A stretch of DNA of 64,000 bases, from NCBI GenBank assembly GCA_965197385.1, contig CBDANA010000008.1:146155-210154 (forward strand). Direction: 5' to 3'. The translations under genes and the position numbers were made by a program. Positions 9,618-20,245 of this stretch are shown here, piece by piece. The DNA comes from Vicinamibacterales bacterium. Lineage in GTDB: Bacteria > Acidobacteriota > Vicinamibacteria > Vicinamibacterales > UBA823. The number at the start of each line of letters is the position of its first letter. Positions within the stretch are counted from its first letter, which is position 1. The notes beneath the pieces are model-generated. The model was not told the DNA's origin, did not search any database, and saw only the letters and a program-made list of their open reading frames with translations.

Positions 9618-10547
9618 ATGTTCTCACGCTGTCTCGTCGTGGCCGTCGCAATCCTGCTGGCGGCGATTCCCGGTGCCGCGCAGTCAAGCCTCGGTGACGC
9701 CGCATCCTGGGCGTCGCATCTCTCCAATCAATACCGGGTCGTACCCAACATCACGTACCAGGTGAGCGACAATTGGGAGAGCAGAATCGATCTCTACGTC
9801 CCGCGCCAGGCCCCCGGTAGCACGCCAGTCCTCATGTACATCCATGGAGGAGGCTGGGTCGGTGGGAGTAAGGAAGGCAGCAGCCTGCGACTCGCTCCCT
9901 GGCTGGAAATGGGCTGGGCTGTGGTGAACGTCGAGTATCGTCTCGGACAAGTGGCACGAGCGCCGGCGGCTGTTGAGGATTGCCTCTGCGCCCTCCGCTG
10001 GGTGATCGCCAGCGCAGAGGAGTACGGCTTCGACACAGAGCGGATCGTCGTCACCGGCAACTCCGCCGGAGGTCACCTGGCACTGACGACGGGCATCGTG
10101 CCGGCGTCAGCCGGTTTGGATCGTCAATGCCCGGGGGACGAGGAACTGAGCGTCGCCGCCATCATCAACTGGTACGGCATCACGGACGTCGATGACTTGC
10201 TGGCGGGTCCGAATACGAGGAGTTACGCGGTGGAGTGGATGGGAAGCCAGCTCGATCGGCAAGACATTGCCGCACGGGTATCGCCGCTGACCTACGTCCG
10301 ACCGGGCCTTCCGCCCGTCCTGACGATCCATGGCGATGCAGATCCCACGGTGCCTTACGAACACGCCCTCCGGCTGCAGACGGCTCTCGACGAAGCCGGT
10401 GTGCCGAACCGTCTTCACACTGTGCCTGGTGGCAGACATGGGGGGTTCAGCCGAGACGAGACGCTGGAGATCTTCCAAACAGTCCGACAATTCCTTGGCG
10501 AGAACGGACTCCTGGCCGGGCGAGTCACGTCACAGGGTCAGCCGTAA
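9618..10547 (+). CDS. secreted alpha/beta hydrolase (esterase/lipase, HGGG type)
   Basis: Signal peptide, HGGGW oxyanion motif and GNSAGG nucleophile elbow. ATG at 9618 follows GAAGGAGG. Confidence 0.8.
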   Translation: MFSRCLVVAVAILLAAIPGAAQSSLGDAASWASHLSNQYRVVPNITYQVSDNWESRIDLYVPRQAPGSTPVLMYIHGGGWVGGSKEGSSLRLAPWLEMGWAVVNVEYRLGQVARAPAAVEDCLCALRWVIASAEEYGFDTERIVVTGNSAGGHLALTTGIVPASAGLDRQCPGDEELSVAAIINWYGITDVDDLLAGPNTRSYAVEWMGSQLDRQDIAARVSPLTYVRPGLPPVLTIHGDADPTVPYEHALRLQTALDEAGVPNRLHTVPGGRHGGFSRDETLEIFQTVRQFLGENGLLAGRVTSQGQP

Positions 10548-10598
10548 GCAGGGCCGACCCACGTGAACTGTGAGCAGATCCACGCCGTCCTCAACCAA

Positions 10599-10633
10599 GA
10601 ACTCCAGGCGCGGGTGCCGACGGGACGGTAGGC
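10599..10633 (+). repeat. 35-bp direct repeat, right copy
   Basis: GAACTCCAGGCGCGGGTGCCGACGGGACGGTAGGC, preceded by IHAVLNQ, which reads as a second paralog 3' fragment. Confidence 0.8.
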
Positions 10634-11025
10634 GGCGACCTCCTCGCTTGTCCACCTCATTTGTCCACGAACCAGGCAACACTAGGCAATACCAGACAAC
10701 ACGAAGACGCAGCAAACCTCTCTGATTCCCTCCAGAATCTGGACAGGGCAACACCAGGCAACACCAGCCGGACTGAGGGACGCAGATGCCCCTCTTCCGC
10801 ACCAACCTTCACTTTCACACTATTTTCTGCATCTTTTCGCACGATCGGTCTTCGATAGCTGACGGATAGCTAACGAACGTGACGCGCCTCCGACCCCGCG
10901 TTGTTACCACTCCCCCCAGCGTCTACAATTGGGCCTGATTTCGGCGCACAACGCAGCAGCCATGCCTCTAGCCCGCGGCACCACGACTGTGTCCGAGGCG
11001 GGGCGGCTCCTACAATAGGCCTCGG

Positions 11026-12228
11026 CAGGTTCAATCGGTCAATGCAACAGCGGTCGCAGTGTATCAGCTGGCGTGGCATATCCCAGCGTCTTGCGTGGAC
11101 GTGAGTTGAGACGTTGCGCGATGGTGTTGAGATCAGCCTGCGTGTAGGTCGAGAGGTTTGTTCCTTTGGGGAAGTATTGCCGCAACAAGCCGTTGGTGTT
11201 CTCGTTCGTACCTCGCTGCCATGGACTCTGCGGGTCGCAGAAGTACACCTTCACGTTCGTGGCGACCGTGAAGCGCTTGTGCGAGGCGAATTCGGTCCCA
11301 CGGTCCCACGTCAGAGACGCCATCAACCCCTTCGGGAGCGTGCGAACGGCGTTGGCCAGCGCCCGCACGACATTGGCGGTGTCTTTGCCAGCCAGACGAA
11401 TCAAGAGCAGGAAGCGCGAGTGGCGCTCGACGAGCGTGGCGATGTATGAGTTGCGAGCCCCGGTCAGTAAGTCGCCTTCCCAGTGGCCGGGCACGGCCCG
11501 ATCCGCTGCCTCCGCCGGACGCTCTCGAATCGAGACGGCGTCGATGATCTGACCACGGCACTGGCCCGCCGTGCTGGCGTGCTTGGACCGACGCATCCGT
11601 CGCCGACGGCGAAGGTGGGCGTTCAGGGCTTTCTTCAGCACCCCGCGACTCTGCACGAAGAGACTGAGATAGATCGTTTCGTGCGACACGTGCAAGCAAG
11701 GATCCTTCGGAAAGGTCCGTTTGAGCCACCCGGCGATCTGCTGTGGGGACCAGTCTGCCGCCAGCTTCTCAGCCACCAGGGCACGGAGCAACGGCGAGAG
11801 GGCGAGCCGACAGGGTTTCGGACGCCGAGTTCGGTCCCAGGCACGCGCGTCGGCAACGGACGCACGGTACTGCCGTCGGCCACCGTTCCGTCGCACCTCC
11901 CGGCTGATCGTCGATGGCGCTCGACTCAGGCGCACGGAGTAGCCCCGGGCCAAGCCCCTGGAGATTTCCTCCCGCTCCGTCAGGGTGAGCGAGCGTCGCG
12001 ACCGGGTCCGTGACGGCGGCGGGATACCCCCACGGGCTGACACGACGTGGTGAACTGCTCCCGGGATCCGACCGAGTGCCCGACCGATGTCGCTGAGCGA
12101 CTCACCTCGCTTCCACCGCTTCCACAGCTCCACCTTCTCTCTTGCTGACATCCGTGGACGACGAACGCGACCCATGATCCCTCCTTGCTGTGATCATTCA
12201 TCGCGTTGCATCGACCCTTTGAACTCAC
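11026..12228 (-). mobile_element. IS30-family insertion sequence (about 1.2 kb)
   Basis: Imperfect terminal inverted repeats GGTTCAATCGGTCAATGCAAC (11028-11048) and GTTGCATCGACCCTTTGAAC (12205-12224). The boundaries are approximate. Confidence 0.75.
11039..12175 (-). CDS. IS30-family transposase
   Basis: HTH domains plus the DDE core (GHWEGDLL, LTWDRGTEF, VYFCDPQSPWQRGTNENTNGLLRQY). Confidence 0.92.
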   Translation of the reverse strand: MGRVRRPRMSAREKVELWKRWKRGESLSDIGRALGRIPGAVHHVVSARGGIPPPSRTRSRRSLTLTEREEISRGLARGYSVRLSRAPSTISREVRRNGGRRQYRASVADARAWDRTRRPKPCRLALSPLLRALVAEKLAADWSPQQIAGWLKRTFPKDPCLHVSHETIYLSLFVQSRGVLKKALNAHLRRRRRMRRSKHASTAGQCRGQIIDAVSIRERPAEAADRAVPGHWEGDLLTGARNSYIATLVERHSRFLLLIRLAGKDTANVVRALANAVRTLPKGLMASLTWDRGTEFASHKRFTVATNVKVYFCDPQSPWQRGTNENTNGLLRQYFPKGTNLSTYTQADLNTIAQRLNSRPRKTLGYATPADTLRPLLH

Positions 12229-12272
12229 CGCTGACCAATGCGGCCTTCCTCTCCCTTCACGCCGCCGTGCCC

Positions 12273-14192
12273 ATGACTTCCGAGGAGCCGGACAGCGCCC
12301 GCCTGCGAGACCGTCTCTCGCAATGGCTCCGACCGACCGCGTCTCCGCCGACGCGGCTCTCCGCCGCTGTCCTCTGGTCGGCGGCCGCGGCCTTGACGTT
12401 GGCGGCTGCGTACGGCCTGCTGACCTGGCAACTAAGCCGCGGTACCGGCTTGATCCAGACGTTCTTCGACGGGGTGGGTGCCGACCGCAGCCCGCTCGTC
12501 GAGCGAGTCACGCAGACGGTTGATCTAACCATCCTTCACGAGGACGACCGCCTGCCACGTCGTTTCTTCAGCGTGCACTGGCGCGGTGTCTGGCGGATTC
12601 CGAGACGCGGCCTCTACGACATCTCCATTCGTGGCGACGACCGCGTCGTCCTGACAATCGACGGCCACGAGGTTCACACCGACTCGATGGCCGACCCCGC
12701 GGAGAACCCCCGCACCCTGCCCCTCGGTCCCGGCTATCACGCCATCGAGGTGGATTTCGAGCAATACCGCGGCACGTCGGGTCTCCGGGTTGCCTGGGCG
12801 CCCGCTGGAGGCTCTCCTCGGCCCCTGAACTCAGCGAGTCTGTTTCCGGTGGTCCCAACCTATCCGCGTCTCCGCGCCGTGCTCGAGAGCGTTCGGTGGA
12901 TGCTCGGATTCCTTAGCCTGGCTGCGCTGACACTCTCAATCTATCGCAGCGTGCTCGCACTGGCGCTACCGGCGCGGCGACTGATCGAGCAGCGTATCGA
13001 TCCCACCACGACCCGCACGATCAGGCGAATCGTCGCCGCTGGCATGCCGATTCTGATCGTGGCCTATGCGGCGGGCCTTCGGTTCGACGCCATCAGTCTC
13101 AAGTACCCGGTGGACCGCCCGGGCTGGCTGCACACCTTACAGGAGCGTTCCCGCGCCCCACTGGGTGCGCTCCGACCCGAGACGGTCACCTGGGCTCGGA
13201 TCCCGGACCGCCCTCATCGTGACGGGCCACCGAGCCTGTACATCAGCGACCCCTACACCTTCCTGGGGTTCGCAAGGGCGACGCCCCACTTCTATGCCGC
13301 ACACCACCGAGAGCCGGTGTTTCCCTTCGTCACGAAGGTGTTCCTGGGGCTCCTGGACGATCAAGACGTCGCGGTGAGCTTTGCCGCGGCGTTGTTCTCG
13401 ATTCTCGCCGTAGCGGCAACCTATCTCCTGGAGGCCTACGCGTTTTCTCACTGGGTCGATTTGGGCGCGGCGACGCTGCTGGCGATCGAATACAACGTGA
13501 TCTCGGTGGGTGTCGACGGCTGGCGAGACGGTGCGTTGGCGGTCACCATGTTCGCCGCCGCACTGCTCCACCATTCGCGCGTGGCGTCGAAGACGAGCGG
13601 CGTCCTGCTCGGAGTGGTCGCTGCATTCGCCTGTCTCGTCCGGATCACCTCGTTGACGTTCCTGCTGCCCGGCTTCGCTTGCCTGCTGCTCGTCTCGACA
13701 CGCCCATGAAGGGCGCGTCTGAACGGATTTGGTCTGGCCACGGTCACGATGACCGTGATCGTCGCGCCGTATCTAATCAACTGCTGGACCACGTTCGGTG
13801 ACCCCTTGTACGCGATTAACTATCACGCGGAGTACTACGTAGCACGAGATGACCACGTGGTCAATGCTGGTCCGACCGCGTCGTCTTACATGGTGATCAA
13901 GGCGCGCAGCCACGTAATAGAGACCGTGGACACCGTGACGTTGGGTTTGACCAGCCATCCGTTCCTCAACAAGTGGCGCGGGTTCGAGCGGTGGGTCCAG
14001 AATCTGGGCGTCTGGCTGTCGTGGGCCGCGCTGCTAGGCCTGCTCTCGTTCGCCGGCTCCCAGTCCGGCCGGCTGCTGCTGCTCGTGGCCGCCACTTCGC
14101 TCATACCCTACGCGGTCACGTGGCAGATCCTGTCCAGAGTAACGAGATGTGCCAGACGGCGATGCAGGCGAGCAACAGGAGGGTCAGCGTGA
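12273..14192 (+). pseudogene. membrane protein with a PA14-like domain and a GT39/ArnT-like glycosyltransferase region, interrupted by an in-frame TGA
   Basis: ORFs 12273-13709 and 13749-14192 are in the same frame, separated only by TGA at 13707-13709 (..LLVSTRP*RARLNGFGLATVTMTVIV..). PA14-like block FFSVHWRGVW..VVLTIDG..YHAIEVDFEQ. Confidence 0.55.
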
Positions 14193-14587
14193 CGCCCCAG
14201 GCGTATCTCACCCATGGGGTCGGGTGATGGTCGTGGCGAACTGGGGCGGTGGAAGAAGCGACCATGGTGCATGATACCGTGAGTCCTGCTCTGGGCTCGT
14301 ATTCGGCGGGTGCAGCCAGCACACCCAGGCGGCTCCCCAGGGAAGCAGAACTGAGGTCGCCTCCATCGCGACAAGGATGCCGACGATATGATTCGCTCTG
14401 ATTAAGCGGGACCCGAGCGCCACGAATCCTGCTCTGCGTCTCATCACGGGTCTGGTGGCACAGGAATCGCCGAGCCCTGAAGACTCTCGTGCTCGGGCGA
14501 CGATTGGAGGTGGTGCCTGGTCTCTCCCGGACTGTCTTTCAGGGCCAGTCGCGGTGCGTAGCCCCACGGCAGCGGTCGTCCGCGCAG

Positions 14588-15109
14588 CTAGGACGCGGCA
14601 AACACCTGGTCGTCAACGTCGAGGACATCGAAACAGGACCGGCGAGCGAGTAGGCGTTTGATCTTCTCGACGTCCTTCTGGTATGATGTCAGAAGCGTGT
14701 TGTCATCAGCATCGGCATCGGCGCCTTGGGACTCGCCGCGCTTCTCGAGCATCTTGCTCTGCGAGGCCATCACCTCGTGCAGGTTGCGGTGCATGAAGAT
14801 GACCTTGTAGTTGTGCGTCTCGGGCAAGCTGGCGAGCAGGAACGAGGTGATCTTGACCGCCTTACCCCGAGCCTCCACGAGCCACCGCTTGTCCGGATCC
14901 TCGTGAAGCCGCATGACCGGCTCGAACTCGAAATAGCCCTTCGGGTTGCTCTCGTCGGCGGTCCGCTTACCGTCGGTGACGATCGGGACGCCGCCCACTT
15001 CCAGCATCTTCATGGTCATCGACGTGCCGGAGCGCGGCAGGCCGGAGACGACGATGATGGGCTTTCCGAACCGCAGCCTGCGATACAGCCCCTCGACGAA
15101 CGACATCAT
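14588..15109 (-). CDS. sulfotransferase family protein
   Basis: PAPS-binding loop VSGLPRSGTSM. The gene is divergent from cysQ. Confidence 0.7.
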   Translation of the reverse strand: MMSFVEGLYRRLRFGKPIIVVSGLPRSGTSMTMKMLEVGGVPIVTDGKRTADESNPKGYFEFEPVMRLHEDPDKRWLVEARGKAVKITSFLLASLPETHNYKVIFMHRNLHEVMASQSKMLEKRGESQGADADADDNTLLTSYQKDVEKIKRLLARRSCFDVLDVDDQVFAAS

Positions 15110-15137
15110 GCGAAGATAATAGCGCGGGACTTCCCAG

Positions 15138-15914
15138 ATGCTGACCGAGATCCGCGCGATCGCGCGCGACGCCGGCGCCACGATCCTCCGCTACTACAAG
15201 GCCGGCGATCTGGTGGTCGATGCCAAGTCGGACGGCACGCCGGTCACCGACGCCGACCGCGAAGCCGACCGGCAGATCCGCGAAGCGCTGCGGGCCCTGG
15301 ACCCGTCGATCCCCTGCATCTCCGAGGAATTCGACATCCCGCCCTACGAGGTTCGCCGCGACTGGCGGCGTTTCTGGCTAGTCGACCCGCTGGACGGCAC
15401 GAAGGAGTTCGTGAGGGGCACAGACGAGTTCACGGTCAATATCGCGCTGATCGACGGCGGCATTCCGGTGCTCGGTGTCGTCTACCTGCCGCCGCTCGAC
15501 GTCATGTACTTCGCCGAAGCCGGCCGGGGAACTTGGAAGCAGCAGGGGCCCCAAGAACCGCAACAGATTTTCTCGACGTTCCCCGACCCGACCGCAGAGT
15601 TAATCGTCGCCGAGAGCCGTTCGCACCCGAGCCCGAAGATGGAGGCGTTCCTTCAGAATTACCGTGTGAAGGAGCGGATCGCGGCGGGCAGCTCGCTCAA
15701 GTTCTGTCTGCTGGCGGAAGGGACAGCCGACATCTATCCGCGGCTCGGACCGACGATGGAATGGGATGTGGCGGCAGGCGACTGCGTCTACCGGCACTCG
15801 AAGCGGGACGGCGCCCACCCGATGTCGCTACGGTATAATACTCCCCTGCTACGGCATGATGGGTTCGTGGTCGGCCTCGAGCCCGGCACATTCGAACTTC
15901 CCACGCCGAGCTGA
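15138..15914 (+). CDS. cysQ: 3'(2'),5'-bisphosphate nucleotidase
   Basis: Inositol-monophosphatase-fold motifs (ISEEF, WLVDPLDGTKEF, MEWDVAAG). Confidence 0.85.
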   Translation: MLTEIRAIARDAGATILRYYKAGDLVVDAKSDGTPVTDADREADRQIREALRALDPSIPCISEEFDIPPYEVRRDWRRFWLVDPLDGTKEFVRGTDEFTVNIALIDGGIPVLGVVYLPPLDVMYFAEAGRGTWKQQGPQEPQQIFSTFPDPTAELIVAESRSHPSPKMEAFLQNYRVKERIAAGSSLKFCLLAEGTADIYPRLGPTMEWDVAAGDCVYRHSKRDGAHPMSLRYNTPLLRHDGFVVGLEPGTFELPTPS

Positions 15915-16656
15915 TGCTCGTCCAGACGCCCTTGCAGTCGCGATTCCGGGCCATCTCCTGGCGGGTTGTCGCGACGACGAGCACGGCCCTGCTGGTCTAC
16001 CTGCTGACCGACGACGCGGGCCTTGCCCTGGCCGCCGGCCTCCTGGACGCCGGCATCAAGCTCTCGTGCTCTGGCCACTGCACGAGCGCGTCTGGACCAG
16101 GACCAGGGCGGCCCACGCGGGGTACGCCGGACAGCCGGGCGTCCTTTGGTTCACCGGGCTGTCCGGCTCGGGCAAGAGCACGATCGCCCAGCGCGTTCAC
16201 GGCGACCTGAAGCGTCACGGCCACCGGGTCGAGTACCTGGACGGCGACACGATCCGGGATCTCTTCCCGACGACCGGGTTCTCGAAGGATGACCGCGATC
16301 TGCACATCAAGCGGGTCGGTCACCTGGCCAGCACGCTCGAGCGGAACGGCGTCCTGGTCATCGCGGCATTCATCTCGCCGTACGGCGAAACTCGCGACTT
16401 CGTGCGCGGCCTGTGCAGTCGCTTCATCGAGGTCTTCGTGTCGACGCCGCTGGCGGTGTGCGAGGCACGCGACGTGAAGGGACTGTACGCCAAGGCGCGG
16501 CGGGGAGAGATCACGCAGTTCACCGGCGTCGACGACCCGTACGAAGCGCCGATCCACCCGGAGCTGACAATCGACACGTCGAGCGTCTCACTGGACGATG
16601 CGGTCGCTCGCGTGATGAATTACCTGCATCGGCAGGCTCTCGGCGCGCTGCCTTAA
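15914..16656 (+). CDS. cysC: DUF2061-like membrane segment joined to adenylyl-sulfate kinase, with an apparent frame change near 16055-16066
   Basis: ATG 15914 overlaps the cysQ stop (TGATG). SWRVVATTSTALLVYLL..DAGIKL is in one frame; VLWPLHERVW..LWFTGLSGSGKST..FISPY..ARRGEI is in the frame one nt earlier. A GTG at 16066 could instead start an independent cysC. Confidence 0.75.
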
Positions 16657-16671
16657 CGACTGGACACTGGC

Positions 16672-17100
16672 ATGGATCCTCTCGACAAGCTCGAAAGCCG
16701 GAGCATTCACATTTTCCGCGAGGCCTATAGCTGCATCGACAACCTGGCGATGCTGTGGTCGATCGGCAAGGACAGCACGGTCATGCTGTACTTGGCGCGG
16801 AAGGCGTTCTTTGGTCACGTCCCGATACCGCTCATCCATATCGACACGGCTTACAAGATTCCGGAGATGATCGCCTATCGCGATCGACTGGCACTCGAGT
16901 GGAACCTGACGATGATCTTCGGCCGCAACGACGCCGCGCTGGCCGAGAAGCGAACGTTTCCAGACGGCGCGGTCGATCGGCTGACCTGCTGCGGCTTGTT
17001 GAAAACTCAGGCTTTGACCGACACGCTCAGCGGCAAGGGCACTCGCTATCGGCTGAACCACACGACGAAGGAGTATGAGCCGGATCCGAACCGCGAGCCG
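16672..17100 (+). pseudogene. cysD: sulfate adenylyltransferase subunit 2, 3'-truncated (about 143 codons remain)
   Basis: PAPS-reductase-fold N-terminus (LWSIGKDSTVMLYLARKAF..LIHIDT). Recognisable sequence stops near 17100, and no cysN follows. Confidence 0.8.
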
Positions 17101-17595
17101 TCAACACGGAATGTTCCCCTGCGTCGACGACGAGCTCGAGGAAGCTATCGGTCGGCATGTCGAGGCGGGCGGCGGCGCCTGCCTCGTCGACCCTAGCAAC
17201 ATCGATCACCCGCGGCTGCTCCGGCCAAAAGGGCCGACCGAGCGCGGACCGAATCCGGACGTATCGAAATCCGGCGGCGCGCGGCCCAGCCGCCGCCCCG
17301 TAAGGATCGGCGGAGACGACGCGCCGGCTGAATCGAAGCACCACGCGGTTCCAGCCGAGTTCGATGACGGGTTCTGGAAGCTCAATCTCGTACGTGCTCC
17401 AGCCAGATGCCATCTCGACCCGCGCCACGGGCATGCCGTTCAGTTCGACCGACATCAGCTGTCCTGCATCGGACCCCTCGTCGGCCGGCTGCCCCTCGAG
17501 CTCGAACGTGGCGCTGCCGTCGACGCCGACATAGAACCTGAAGCTAGCCCAGTCGCTGACCACCCAGCGCACCGGCTCAGCAGCGTCAGCCGGCC

Positions 17596-19027
17596 GGGGA
17601 TGTCCCAGTAGCTGTTGAAATTTGAAGCGGCGGCTCTTCACTGGTCGTGCTATACGACCGGTGACGAAACCGAGGTGCAAGCCTCCCAGTAAGGAGCCGC
17701 CATGAAGAAGCAGTCTCGCACAGTCCCTCGCCGTCGCCAATCGGTATCCCCGACGCCACGGCACCTTCCGTTGGTCGATATCCTCATTGATACGCAGGCC
17801 GCGCTCCAGGAGCGGGTCGTCGCGTCTGGCCTGAAGGTACTCGAAGCCATGCTGGAAGAGGATCGGGCCGCCGTCTGTGGGCCACGGTATGCGCATCAAC
17901 CTGCGCGCCAGGCGTATCGAACGGGGCATACGCCGAGTCAGGTCGTGCTGGGCGGGCGGAAGGTGGCGATTCGTCGGCCCCGTGCGCGGCGCGCCGGCGA
18001 GGAGGTTCCGTTGCCAACGGCCCGGGCATTCGCGAATGCGGACCCGCTGAACCGGCGCGTGGTCGACCAGATGCTGATCGGTGTGGCGACCCGCCAGTAT
18101 GCGCGGAGTCTGGAACCGCTCGGCGCCGACGTCACCACGCGGGGCACGAGCAAGAGTGCGGTCAGTCGACGCTTTGTCGCGCAAACCCAGGCGCAGCTGG
18201 ATGCGTGGCGGGCGACGCCGCTCGACGCGCTGGACCTGGTGGGGCTGCTGATTGATGGCGTGCACGTGGGTGGACACTGTATCGTTGTCGCCCTAGGCAT
18301 CGATAAAATGGGCGCGAAACACCCGCTCGGCCTGTGGGAAGGGGCCACGGAGAACGCGACGGTCTGTCAGGGGCTCTTGACCAATCTCGGCAGCCGCGGG
18401 CTGCGCACCGACCGGAGCCTGCTGGTGATCGTCGATGGCGCGAAGGCCCTCGACACGGCCGTGACCCAGACATTTGGGCGCGCCGCGCTGGTGCAGCGGT
18501 GTCAGGTCCATAAGGGCCGGAACATCTTGGAGCATCTCCCTGAGGCACAGCGGCCGGGGGTGAAGGCGGTCCTCACGCGCGCCTACACGAACAGCCCCGT
18601 CAAGACGGCCAAGCGTCTGCTGCAGGACCTGGCGCGGCGCTTGGACACTGACTACCCGAGTGCGGCCACGAGCGTGCGGGAAGGGCTCGACGAGACGCTG
18701 ACCGTGCTCGGCTTGGGTCTGTCGGAGCGTCTCCAACGATCGCTCGCCACCACAAACGCCATCGAGAGTCTCCTCAGCCGAACGCGCCATGTGCAGCGCC
18801 ATGTGAAACGCTGGCGCGGCGGGACGATGGTGCTGCGCTGGGTGGCCGCCGGGGTGCTCGAAGCGGCGAAGGGGTTCCGTCGGGTGCAAGGATGTCAAGA
18901 TATGCCCGCGCTGGTCGCTGCCCTCCTGGCACGCGACGCGCGGTTAGGACTCGGGGAGTCGTCAGAGATGGTTGCGTAGTCGTGAACCAAGCTGCCGCTG
19001 AGTTTCAACAGCGCACGGGACATCCCC
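17596..19027 (+). mobile_element. IS256-family insertion sequence, copy 1 (1432 bp)
   Basis: IRs GGGGATGTCCCAGTAGCTGTTGAAA / rc GGGGATGTCCCGTGCGCTGTTGAAA. The flanks are CAGCCGGC(C) and CAGCCGGC(G). Confidence 0.9.
17702..18979 (+). CDS. IS256-family (mutator-type) transposase, intact
   Basis: 425-aa ORF with LLIDGVHVGG..VVALGID, IVDGAKAL and RCQVHK blocks. Confidence 0.92.
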   Translation: MKKQSRTVPRRRQSVSPTPRHLPLVDILIDTQAALQERVVASGLKVLEAMLEEDRAAVCGPRYAHQPARQAYRTGHTPSQVVLGGRKVAIRRPRARRAGEEVPLPTARAFANADPLNRRVVDQMLIGVATRQYARSLEPLGADVTTRGTSKSAVSRRFVAQTQAQLDAWRATPLDALDLVGLLIDGVHVGGHCIVVALGIDKMGAKHPLGLWEGATENATVCQGLLTNLGSRGLRTDRSLLVIVDGAKALDTAVTQTFGRAALVQRCQVHKGRNILEHLPEAQRPGVKAVLTRAYTNSPVKTAKRLLQDLARRLDTDYPSAATSVREGLDETLTVLGLGLSERLQRSLATTNAIESLLSRTRHVQRHVKRWRGGTMVLRWVAAGVLEAAKGFRRVQGCQDMPALVAALLARDARLGLGESSEMVA

Positions 19028-19326
19028 CAGCCGGCGGTCGCATCGCCCAACCGTGGCCCAGAAAGTCTGCGGACTCCGGACCGTGGACGGCACGAGATCG
19101 GTGCTGACAGCGCGGCCGAGCACCGGCACGTAGTCGGCGAACAGCGCCACGGGACGCTCGGGTGTCCCACACGCAGACAGGCTCAGGACCGTCCCCGCAA
19201 CGATCGTTGACACGAACGCCGCCCGCAACGTCCGGCACTCGGTCATCATCCGCATCATTCTAACGCAACGGCTTCGAGCCGGCGCCGAGTCACGGAACGA
19301 AGAACGGTACAATATCTTGAAGGCTC

Positions 19327-20084
19327 TTGTTCGTGCCGCCGACCCCAGATCGCGCTCGATCCTTTTCGCACGAGGTAGCGCTCCGCCCGCCGTTGAAGTG
19401 GGCGGGTGGAAAACGGTGGCTCACGCCCCACCTGCGTCCGCTGTGGGAGCCTCACAGCCGTCGGCGATTGGTCGAACCGTTCTGCGGAGGTCTGGCCGTG
19501 GCGCTCGGACTCGATCCGCGGCGCGCGCTGCTGGTCGACATGAATCCCCACCTGATCAACTTCTACGCCTGGCTGAGCAAGGGACTGCGCATCACGCTGC
19601 CGATGCAAAACGACGAGCGTCTCTTCTACCGGCACCGCCAGCGGTTCAACGACCTTCAGCAGATCGGGAAGAACCGCTCGGCTGAAGCCGCGACGCTATT
19701 CTATTTTCTGAATCGCACCTGCTACAACGGCCTGTGTCGATTCAATCGATCGGGCGAGTTCAACGTGCCGTTTGGACGCTACACACGCATCAACTACACG
19801 AGGGACTTCGCGGCGTATCGGCAGCGGCTGGCCAGATGGACGTTCCGGGTGAGCGACATCGACGATTTGCCGATCCGGCGAGGCGATTTCATCTATGCCG
19901 ACCCGCCGTACGATGTTCCATTCACGCAGTACTCGCAGGGTGGCTTCTCGTGGGAGGATCAGGTCCGCACCGCCGAGCGTCTCGCAAAGCACCCCGGACC
20001 GGTGATCCTGTCGAATCAGGCCACACCGCGCATCAAGAAGCTGTACCGCCGCCTGGGCTTCACGCTCGAACTTCTGAACCTGAA
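19327..20084 (+). pseudogene. dam: DNA adenine methyltransferase (Dam-like, D12 class), 5' body separated from its last 26 codons
   Basis: LKWAGGKRWL, EPFCGGLAV and FIYADPPY motifs. Native sequence ends at CTGAA 20080-20084, and the ORF then reads into foreign DNA up to 20160. Confidence 0.8.
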
Positions 20085-20245
20085 AGATCAGGATCGCCCC
20101 ACGGAGTACGTAGTGGGGACCCCTGAGTTGCCTCCCCGGCGATTTCTTGCGCGTGGCTGACGCTGAGCGCCATCGACAGGCAAGCGATCAAGGTCACGAG
20201 GCTTCGTGATGACTCGAATCTTTGATGACCCATCCGGTCGCACCA

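Larger units (their letters stand above)
17101..19258 (-). pseudogene. lipoprotein gene split by IS256 and truncated at its 3' end
   Basis: N-terminal piece 19028-19258 carries a lipobox (LSLSAC). The reading frame resumes left of the IS (..ADAAEPVRWVVSDWASFRFYV..), and its last roughly 24 codons are antisense to cysD sequence. Confidence 0.5.

Noticed and set aside
10854-10875. Tandem 11-bp duplication GATAGCTGACG GATAGCTAACG, and short CAGGCAACAC repeats at 10672-10775, in a lower-GC non-coding stretch.
   Set aside because: They are too short and too few to call a repeat array, CRISPR or binding-site cluster, and there is no flanking gene context to give them meaning.
13707-13709. In-frame TGA as a selenocysteine codon, given that selC is present.
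   Set aside because: There is no convincing SECIS-like hairpin just downstream, and the protein class (membrane glycosyltransferase) is not a known selenoprotein. A nonsense mutation is the simpler explanation.
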